32,884 nt of DNA from an uncultured Clostridium sp. (GTDB lineage: Bacteria > Bacillota > Clostridia > TANB77 > CAG-508): positions 1-32,884 of the forward strand of contig CAOKJC010000003.1 of NCBI GenBank assembly GCA_948468685.1, given 5' to 3'. Below the pieces are notes generated by a model. The model searched no databases, was not told the origin of the DNA, and saw only the letters and a program-made list of their open reading frames with translations. The position numbers and the translations under genes were made by a program. This document shows positions 18,201-25,061 of this stretch, one piece after another (position 1 is the first letter of the stretch; every line of letters starts with the position of its first letter).

Positions 18201-19925
18201 AAATTTATACATATCATCTGAATTCAGTTTTCTAGAATAAATTATCTCAGAAATTTCAGCAAATTTTACATTTTCATCTTCAAAATCACCTATTTTCCTT
18301 TCAACTTCTGCAATTAATTTTTCCTTTCTTTCAATTTCAAAAGATAAATTTTTGCTTCTATTAAAAGTTATTAGTCTTCTTTCAGAGGAAATTTCTTGGT
18401 TTATTCCTTTTTCTACTTCTATTCCATATATATTTTTGATTTGATAATCAAATTTGAAAGGTGTTAATAATGGGTCATACTCAAATCTTGCATCATAAAA
18501 GCAATCACTTCGATAATCAAAACTCTTTTTATTATTGCAAAGGAAATCAAAAAATATATTTACTGTAACACTATTATATTCATCTTTCTGATTTAAAGCA
18601 TACCTTATAAATTCTTTTGTTACAATAGGTGGCAAAAATCTAACTTCGTCTTTTTCTAAAAATTCTTTTTCATTTTTAAGCTCTCCATATTCCTCCTTAC
18701 AATATTGAAATAATAATTTGAAAAATACAATTAAAAGCTGTACATTTAAATCAAAATCGCTGTTATTTAAAAGATTAAATATACTTTTAATATCTGCAAT
18801 TTTAAAATTTTCATTATTTCTATCTACACAAATAAGAGATCTTTCAATACTAAAACGTTTTATTTCTCTATTTCCAATATGATAAACTTTTGAAGTAACT
18901 TCATTCAAATAATTACGTATAGAAGAAATAAAATTTAGAATTGATGCTTGATTTTCAAATTTCACTTCTAAAATTGAATCAGTTACTTTTAATTCTTGTC
19001 TTGAAAACTTATATCCAATAACATTTCCTTTTGTATCAATAATTGTTTTCTCAACTTGCTCACAAATTTCGTCTTTGCATTTTTTGAGCATGTCATCATC
19101 TTTTAAAAATTCTTCAAACTTAGGTGAAAATTCTTTATAAATTTTTAGATTTCCATCATAAACTGTATATTCTTTGTTCTCCTCAAGTATCAGACTATTA
19201 ATTCCATATTCTTTCTCGTTTACTATCAAAGAATTAGCATAATAAACTTCATTACCGCAAGCTTCTTCAAATTGTTCTGATATTAACACCTGATAAATAC
19301 TTTCTGGAAGAATATCATATACAAAATAAGAATAGCACATCTTAATTATTGGCAATTTATATGAGAATTCTGATATACTACGTACTTGATTATCTTTATG
19401 CATTTTTTCATAAAATTCTTTTAAATCTCCTCCATCTGAAAGAACATAATGGATATATTCAATAAGGCAACCTTTTGCAACTTCTATTTCTCCATTATCT
19501 AATGAAAAGAAAGAGAAAAAACAAGATATGCTATTACAAGTATCGCTTCTAAACTTAGTTTTATCAAGGGTATAACCCTTCATTTTCATTAAGCTTACAA
19601 AAGCAATTAGTTTTTTAAGGCTCTCTATTTTAGAAATTTCTTCCCATTTTCTTCCTGAGAAGCGAGCAGAAAATATTTGAACTATATTTTCCTTATCGGC
19701 AAAATATTTCTTAACTTCAAAAGAAATTTCTGAAGTTTCTAAAGTAACTTTATTATCTTTAAGAGACTTTATGATGTCATAAATTTGCCGTCCTATTTCT
19801 TCATCATGTACAACAACAACTAATTTATTATTATTGAAATATACTTCTTCTTTTCCCTCTATTTCAGAAATCTTATCATAATACTGTTTTACGAAGTTGT
19901 AAAAAAGTCTTCCATTAAGTGTCAT
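15231..19925 (-). CDS. Large Ser/Thr kinase-domain protein (TerY-associated kinase-like) with degenerate kinase repeats and Zn-finger-like linkers
   Basis: 1564 aa. Intact kinase motifs SGGEAHIY, VAKVFK, YIGDLNGSNILF, FIDFDG, GYIDP, DDWYSFAI; two CxxH...CPxC motifs; beta-rich C-terminus. Confidence 0.85.
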   Translation of the reverse strand: MTLNGRLFYNFVKQYYDKISEIEGKEEVYFNNNKLVVVVHDEEIGRQIYDIIKSLKDNKVTLETSEISFEVKKYFADKENIVQIFSARFSGRKWEEISKIESLKKLIAFVSLMKMKGYTLDKTKFRSDTCNSISCFFSFFSLDNGEIEVAKGCLIEYIHYVLSDGGDLKEFYEKMHKDNQVRSISEFSYKLPIIKMCYSYFVYDILPESIYQVLISEQFEEACGNEVYYANSLIVNEKEYGINSLILEENKEYTVYDGNLKIYKEFSPKFEEFLKDDDMLKKCKDEICEQVEKTIIDTKGNVIGYKFSRQELKVTDSILEVKFENQASILNFISSIRNYLNEVTSKVYHIGNREIKRFSIERSLICVDRNNENFKIADIKSIFNLLNNSDFDLNVQLLIVFFKLLFQYCKEEYGELKNEKEFLEKDEVRFLPPIVTKEFIRYALNQKDEYNSVTVNIFFDFLCNNKKSFDYRSDCFYDARFEYDPLLTPFKFDYQIKNIYGIEVEKGINQEISSERRLITFNRSKNLSFEIERKEKLIAEVERKIGDFEDENVKFAEISEIIYSRKLNSDDMYKFIGYITNSNGKFLTDEVLSSFNNKELLKVIAYLFKKFDKYYIPLDTIYMDDDFKFYVNIWDEKFELKRCEYNGNKTNFMEMIYQHLIDIGCNPNILISIDFSANRDWMLSTANELNSYCEEHEIYYNNYGLPEYECPICKQTKLHIAPIEEDSVVLFEDEYAKYHILKSTYDQDAILKIYKKSLVDIANIEKNIDDIITKKMLSRELKLGQDGFVPEKKVIQNNEFIGCTYAYDFGFEFLEKFSDTNIEISNNQKLKNRARLKCLIRLMLQVQSIVKSGLAFTANPFGNVILNKQYKKQVQILNIDFISKEGDTIETLKWTCEYVSKVISSDTSIEIDISDCSGDFYKLLDKLQNLSEEMTKYCTIHKIYYKNKHIFCPRCLESYQFSTIEDIETNMTEIVAKSTITSIKHENSGGEAHIYPYKKGTVAKVFKEDAEINYSLKNAVIVKIIEKRKILEEISNRGFKFKYIIPQKILVDDELYNVFGYIMEEVLGNPLSDLRDKEVVESYGFTMKDIFEILITVGQGIETLHTEANIYIGDLNGSNILFDSNKNIYFIDFDGMGVDDIAPRFFTDGYIDPVSKENQNITMEDDWYSFAIQAFQYLTLVHPFDGVYYVMENDMEISLEIPEKMERRLSLLGNHGIEVPTIAQSWNWMNEELQKVFLEIFEGENRESIVPYLIRQYKSLYEVELYQNLDEVIRINSKFIAKEIKPFGDNVKKVINEKSAICMNEDTSYYVAVLSHKQYNIHLPEVMEVINILVSENGNFAFAVYANKVVAIDLNEDTIIYEEEIQDSKNVVVDGNSLYFIGISNGEEVIFKKEFLLEGNVEDEKIKFLVNQKTKRFLVKFNSKFVLVKEGRYNADDVYCNSEKLCSIRRDSRSCEYNIIYDNYTKMWLVVNSDGYGIIIRPNGKFETVSFRKNDVNIERIIFYKGCIYTILKGELIITNSNDQCKKKNMVCDKIITTDSKLYDINTKGFSVINENIFYEVCRG

Positions 19926-19952
19926 TATTATTTCCTCTCTTTTCTATTTATG

Positions 19953-19983
19953 TGGAAGAGAACATTTTTAATGTCCTCTTCCA
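19953..19983 (-). terminator. Intra-operon hairpin between the vWA and kinase genes
   Basis: TGGAAGAGAACATT...AATGTCCTCTTCCA inverted repeat without a strong U tract. Confidence 0.45.
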
Positions 19984-20007
19984 TTGAAATGTGTTACAAT
20001 CTATTTC

Positions 20008-20715
20008 TTACAGATCTTCAATCCAAGAATCATCCTCTAACGCCTGTGAAGTTGTTTGAGAATATCCTTCAGAATTACTTCCATCAATAGCTTTACTGAA
20101 GAAATTTGTTCCTAACTGTTTATAACTCTTAGACTGAAGTTTAATTGATGTAGGTAAATCTTCTTCAAAAAATTTTACAAGATCATCACTATCATCTACT
20201 TTACGAGTAACTTTAAATCCTAATCTTTTTCCAAAGTCTGAAGAAATTGCATCTCTAAAAGGAATAAATATAGTATTTACTTTTGCAATATTCAATTTTT
20301 GAATTGCCTTTTTAGCATCTTCTATGTCCATCTTATCATGGCAAGGTTCACCATCTGACAAAAGTATAAATGTTACTTTAGGATTGCACTTTGTTCTCCG
20401 TATCACTTCTTTAACATAATTATTAAGATGTTCTGCTCCCTTAACAATAGAATAATATAGTGCTGTTCCTCCATCAATATGATAATTGATTTTCAGGTTA
20501 TCTATTCTTTCAAAATCACCAGGATAAAAACCATCACTAAATTGACATATTGATACTGCAATTGAACCTTTTTCAGAAAAATTATTAAAACTTTTTATAA
20601 AACCTTTTGAGCATTTTCTTACATTATTAGCATCTTTTTCCATAGAGTTTGATTTGTCCATAAGAATTATAAAAATATTTATATTGCTTGAAGAAAAATT
20701 GTAATAATTAGCCAT
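20008..20715 (-). CDS. vWA domain protein (TerY-like)
   Basis: MIDAS motif ILMDKSNSM (DxSxS), GGTALY, ILLSDGEP; GGAGG RBS. Confidence 0.85.
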   Translation of the reverse strand: MANYYNFSSSNINIFIILMDKSNSMEKDANNVRKCSKGFIKSFNNFSEKGSIAVSICQFSDGFYPGDFERIDNLKINYHIDGGTALYYSIVKGAEHLNNYVKEVIRRTKCNPKVTFILLSDGEPCHDKMDIEDAKKAIQKLNIAKVNTIFIPFRDAISSDFGKRLGFKVTRKVDDSDDLVKFFEEDLPTSIKLQSKSYKQLGTNFFSKAIDGSNSEGYSQTTSQALEDDSWIEDL

Positions 20716-20730
20716 CTCTCTACCTCCGTA

Positions 20731-22224
20731 TTATATTGTTATATTTTGTGTATTAAACTGCATGCTACTAAAAACATTCTTTAAGTCTTTAAAGTAAAAA
20801 GAATTTAAAAATACAAAATTATCTACAATTTTAAAGTCAATATTCAGATTTTCAAGAGTTGCAACAATTTCTGCTTTGTATTCATCCAAATAGAAAGCTA
20901 TTACATAATCTTTGTTTCGCAAATTCATAACAACTTTTTTCTTTTCTCTGATACTTTCATTATCATATGGATATTTTTCTATATATTTTTTTACATCTTT
21001 AAATAGTTCATTGGGCATACTTTTAATAATTTCAATTGTGTCAAACAGTAACAATAAAAAGTAAATTTCTCTGTACGTTATTTTGTTAGACAAATTTTCA
21101 ATTAACTTTATTAATATCAAAATCTTGTTATCATGTATTTCAGAAAAAAGACTTATTAAAGACAAATATGTGTAAACTTTTGGTACTTCCAAAACCTCAC
21201 TTTCATTTGTGCTTATATTCATTCTGTTAATAAGTTTTATCTTAACTTTCTCCTTTTCAAGTCCATTTGCTTTAAGTAACTTAAGTAAATTTGACTCAAG
21301 TTTCAAAAAGTTATTCCAAAAAGTAATATTCAAAATTTGATTTTCATCATTATTTGAATTTATAAATTCTGTAAGAAGTTTTAATGCATTTTGTTCAAAA
21401 ACATTCCTATATTCATCATCTTTAATTAATGGTAAAAATTCTGACAAATCTGTTATTTCATCTTTTATGAAAGCAGTAAAATAGCTAACATAATCAAATC
21501 CATAAAATTCAGATACTACCACTAATTTTCTAATTAGCTCCTCTGGAGATTTATTAGAATTTCGTATGCTTATTTTAAAGATTTCATAATCCACATAAGA
21601 TATTAGACTTACTATTCTTTCTTTAAGCTGTTTATCCCTTAAAATATACTTATTACTTTTTAGTTCAGTTACTATTCTTGTTTCTACTTCTAAAGCATGT
21701 TCAACTTGAGAAATTGCTTTTTGCTTTTCATCCTCTTTAGAATGGAAAATAGAAACATTGTATAAAACATTCAATTTTAATATTAACCGTTCTAACTGTT
21801 TTGAAAAAATATCAAATTTTACTTGAGTTTCAATAAAATATTTTATCTCATCTTCGAGCATGCTAATATCTCTTTTTATAAAAGGATCATTTTCTGGAGT
21901 AATTGCAAAAGTTAACAATTTATCACTTTCTTTCAGATTTGAATTACATTTTTCTCTTATCTGTTCAATTTTTTTCATAAACATTCTATGTTCATTCCAA
22001 TAATCACTTTCAAGTATTGCTATTTCTTGTTCCAACAAATAAAGTTTTGATTTTATAGTTCTATCTGTAGTATCAACTTTTTCTTTGTTTTCTTCTTCAA
22101 TTTCTTCTATATTCTCTTCCTGAGTCAATTCATCTGTATTTGTATTTTCAGCATCTATTTCTTCAATGTTTGGATTTGAAAAAATAGAATTATAAAAAAT
22201 ACGAAGTCTTTCTGTCAATTTCAT
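20731..22224 (-). CDS. Hypothetical, probably alpha-helical/coiled-coil protein in the vWA-kinase operon
   Basis: 497-aa ORF with GGAGG RBS, an acidic N-terminal tract and a Leu/Ile/Lys/Glu-rich body; gaps of 15-18 nt to its neighbours. Confidence 0.8.
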   Translation of the reverse strand: MKLTERLRIFYNSIFSNPNIEEIDAENTNTDELTQEENIEEIEEENKEKVDTTDRTIKSKLYLLEQEIAILESDYWNEHRMFMKKIEQIREKCNSNLKESDKLLTFAITPENDPFIKRDISMLEDEIKYFIETQVKFDIFSKQLERLILKLNVLYNVSIFHSKEDEKQKAISQVEHALEVETRIVTELKSNKYILRDKQLKERIVSLISYVDYEIFKISIRNSNKSPEELIRKLVVVSEFYGFDYVSYFTAFIKDEITDLSEFLPLIKDDEYRNVFEQNALKLLTEFINSNNDENQILNITFWNNFLKLESNLLKLLKANGLEKEKVKIKLINRMNISTNESEVLEVPKVYTYLSLISLFSEIHDNKILILIKLIENLSNKITYREIYFLLLLFDTIEIIKSMPNELFKDVKKYIEKYPYDNESIREKKKVVMNLRNKDYVIAFYLDEYKAEIVATLENLNIDFKIVDNFVFLNSFYFKDLKNVFSSMQFNTQNITI

Positions 22225-22242
22225 ATAGAATTTCCTCCATCT

Positions 22243-23058
22243 TTATTGATATTTTCTAAAAATAGCTCCAATTGAATGCAAACCTATTTCTGCTGCATCT
22301 ATAAAACTATTTTCTGAAAGGCAAAAATATTTTGTTGTAACGCCATGCAAATTGGCTACTTTCTGAAAATATCTTAATGCTTGTTCCTTTGATATCTTAG
22401 AACCATTATCTTTGCAATTTCCAATTCCTATAACATCAATTTTGTTAATTCTTACTCTTTCTGTTTCTTTTTCCTCAATCTTCATATAGGCTTTAGAAAC
22501 TACTATTTCCAATTTGTCCAAAGCATCATATAAACATGATTCACTTCCAATATCTTCTGGGCAAAGAAAATCTTTGTCATTTACAGTTGTAGCATCAAAT
22601 ATTTCATTTGGTTTAACTGTTTTTCCATAGTTAATTATCGTTATTAATCCTGAAGGCGCCAGACTTTTGATAATTTTCATTATCATTTCTTTTTCTTTAG
22701 CCATTTCAGGTGTATTTTCAACTAATATAACAAATAATTTTTTATCTACAAGTTTTTTGTATATAAATTTCGGCTTTATTTCAGTTTTTTCTTCTACAGG
22801 ATCCTGTACAATATCTTTTGGAAAAATATTCTCTTTTTCAGTGTTTTTAACATCTGTTGGAGAAACATCACTAATTGATTCTTTTTTTTCTTCGTCTTCA
22901 TTAGGATGTATTTTTTTTGCAATCAATTCTTTTTTCTTTTCACAAACACTTTTACTTTTCTGCTTTTTGACTTTTTTTGCTTGAACCTGTGTGTTTGCAT
23001 TTTTGTTTGTATTATCATTTTCCTTAATTGTTGTGTTTTTTGTTTCGAAAAATTTCAT
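22243..23058 (-). CDS. Degenerate vWA-like protein with a low-complexity N-terminus
   Basis: FVILVENTPEM (in place of DxSxSM), SCLYDAL and IDVIGIGNCKDNGS follow the vWA motif order; ATGA overlap with the PP2C gene. Confidence 0.65.
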   Translation of the reverse strand: MKFFETKNTTIKENDNTNKNANTQVQAKKVKKQKSKSVCEKKKELIAKKIHPNEDEEKKESISDVSPTDVKNTEKENIFPKDIVQDPVEEKTEIKPKFIYKKLVDKKLFVILVENTPEMAKEKEMIMKIIKSLAPSGLITIINYGKTVKPNEIFDATTVNDKDFLCPEDIGSESCLYDALDKLEIVVSKAYMKIEEKETERVRINKIDVIGIGNCKDNGSKISKEQALRYFQKVANLHGVTTKYFCLSENSFIDAAEIGLHSIGAIFRKYQ

Positions 23059-23747
23059 TGCTCTTTACCTCCAAATATTCCAATTGTAACGTCATCAAAG
23101 AAACTATTTCTCTCTGTATTTATAGTTGCACTAATATAAGCCTCATTACTGTCAAATATAAATTTGTCTAGACCTTCTACATCACCTTTTGCAATTGGCA
23201 TTATTCCATCTGTCGCAATGCAAATTTTGGGAAACATTTTATTATCAAAACAAAATGTTTTAAATTGATAATTCTTAAAATCTAAATTTCCACACAAATC
23301 ACAATACTTATATGCAAAATATGGTGGACATTTGCCATATGAATACTTTATATAACTTACAAGTCCTAATTTGTTTTGAGTAACAATATATCCATCACCA
23401 AAAAGTTTAACAATATACTTATCTTCTGTTTTAAAACAAGCAATAATTGTAAACAATAGATTTTCCATGATAAATTCTATTTCTAATTCTTTTCTTGTTG
23501 GATAATATTTCTCCATCATATTAATAATTTCATCAAAAGTATTTTTGACATTTTCTTCAAATTTTTCTAAGTTATCACATTCCTCCTTTCTTGAAAATAG
23601 CTGTGCAAACAATCTAGTTCCGACTTCAGAATATTTTGCTCCACTGCACCCATCTAAAACGAGTAACATCCGTGGTGTTTCAATTCCAAAGTCTTGGTTG
23701 TTTAATCCATCTGTAAAATGACCAAATCCTTGAGAAGTTATAATCAT
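23055..23747 (-). CDS. PP2C-like protein phosphatase (TerY-associated type)
   Basis: QGFGH..NNQD, VLDGCSG, FGDG, ATDGI and DDVT motifs; AAAGGAG RBS. Confidence 0.88.
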   Translation of the reverse strand: MIITSQGFGHFTDGLNNQDFGIETPRMLLVLDGCSGAKYSEVGTRLFAQLFSRKEECDNLEKFEENVKNTFDEIINMMEKYYPTRKELEIEFIMENLLFTIIACFKTEDKYIVKLFGDGYIVTQNKLGLVSYIKYSYGKCPPYFAYKYCDLCGNLDFKNYQFKTFCFDNKMFPKICIATDGIMPIAKGDVEGLDKFIFDSNEAYISATINTERNSFFDDVTIGIFGGKEQ

Positions 23748-23797
23748 AATTTTCTCCTTTCTAATCTCGTTAACTTTACGTTAACATATTGTACAAT

Positions 23798-23826
23798 ATA
23801 ATATCATACTTTTTATGTAAATTCAA
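23798..23826 (-). promoter_or_regulatory. Sigma-A-like promoter of the PP2C-vWA-kinase operon
   Basis: Minus strand TTGAAT (23826-23821), 17 nt ending TGA, TATTAT (23803-23798). Confidence 0.65.
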
Positions 23827-23863
23827 GAAAAAATTGGCTTTTTAGTAAGTTTTTTCTATACAA

Positions 23864-23897
23864 CAAAAAATGGAGGAAAATTTTCCTCCATTTTTTG
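23864..23897. terminator. Perfect 34-bp palindrome, terminator-like
   Basis: CAAAAAATGGAGGAAAA/TTTTCCTCCATTTTTTG directly after the restriction pseudogene stop. Confidence 0.75.
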
Positions 23898-24560
23898 CTA
23901 AACTATCCAATAGCAATTGATTGATATAATTGATGTTGGCATACCCTCAATTTGAATGTCAAATTTTAAACTTGGCTCAACTATAGTAGAAGCATTATGT
24001 ATTCTAAAACTAAATTGCCATCCATTGTCTAAATATAATTCAACTTTATTAGTGCTACCTGGTTTTAGTTGTATATCTACTAAACGAGTAGGTAAATTAA
24101 CTAAAGGTATTTTAACTTTTGCTTCCTCTTTTTTACTATTTTGATTTAATGTACCTCTCATATTAAAAGTTTGTATTTGAGTTAATTTATCACCATCTAT
24201 ACTTATTATTTTATAGAAATCAAATGCACCTAATAAATATTCAACCATTCTTTTAGGTAATTCTGGATACTCTTTATATATTCTTTTTATTTCATCAACA
24301 AATGCATTTAATAATGGAACATATATATCTAAATCCTTATCAGGCAAATCTCTCCAAGTTGTTCCTTTATCCTTTTCTTTAGATAGATAATCAAAAATTG
24401 GTTTTACATCATTCTAATATTGCTCTGAACATTTTTTATCATACCATCTTTCTCCAAAATCAAGAGTTTTAACTAATCTACTATGTTTTACTGCAAAATG
24501 GTTATGTTTAATACTAAAACCAATTTCCCATTTTCTTTCTTTTCTAATTGCTACTTTATT
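23898..24560 (-). pseudogene. HaeIII-family type II restriction endonuclease, 5'-truncated with an internal stop
   Basis: Upstream of the track ORF the same frame reads WEIGFSIKHNHFAVKHSRL..LDFGERWY..CSEQY*NDVKPIFDYL (TAG at 24416-24414, where Trp is expected); C-terminus GWQFSFRIHNASTIVEPSLKFDIQ. The N-terminal part is missing. Confidence 0.85.
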
Positions 24561-24607
24561 TTATATCATAAATCGTCTTTTTTAACAACGATTTTAGAAA
24601 ATTTTTG

Positions 24608-24780
24608 TCATAAAATATAATGTTGTTTCTTTTTATAATTCATTAGAGCATTACATACAGTTTCACACATATTAATTTGTCTTGTCCCTTGTTTAGTTTT
24701 AGTAGTTCCTATATACCATCTTCCTTTATTATCTTTTGGCTTGTCATACACTATTTCGTTTTTATTATATAAATGTTTCT
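24608..24780 (-). pseudogene. Tyrosine integrase internal fragment
   Basis: YDKPKDNKGRWYIGTTKTKQGTRQINMCETVCNAL resembles the TPKT..S.R.I segment of phage/ICE integrases; no other catalytic boxes present. Confidence 0.6.
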
Positions 24781-24918
24781 TAAAAGCCTTTTCATCTTCT
24801 ATTTTTGGTAGTTTTAAAGTTAATGTTGGATTATATTTTTTATTTCTCCTTTCTTTTTTCGAATGTAAATAAAAAATGCTATCACGAATGATAACATTTT
24901 TATTATTTGTATTCACTT

Positions 24919-25027
24919 TGTTTGCAATCACATAATCCTTTAATTTCAAGCACTTCAAAGATTTTACTTCAAACTATGAAAACATTTTGCAAACAGAATG
25001 CAAACAATTTAGTATGTTTTCATAGTT
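24919..25027. repeat. Attachment-site-like repeat cluster at the secA 3' end
   Basis: TGCAAACA at 24988-24995 and 24999-25006, an inverted copy at 24919-24926, and a perfect 14-bp inverted repeat AACTATGAAAACAT (24972-24985 / 25014-25027). Confidence 0.6.
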
Positions 25028-25061
25028 ATGTTTACTCGCTTAATCTCTGTAAGTATTGATA

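Noticed and set aside
24414-24416. In-frame TAG as stop-codon readthrough or reassignment
   Set aside because: It is a single TGG>TAG-type change in a gene that is also 5'-truncated, and TAG is a normal stop elsewhere (e.g. the MBOAT and DHHW genes).
24608-24958. 116-aa ORF as a real gene
   Set aside because: TTG start without an RBS, an N-terminal part overlapping att-like repeats, and only the last part resembles an integrase.
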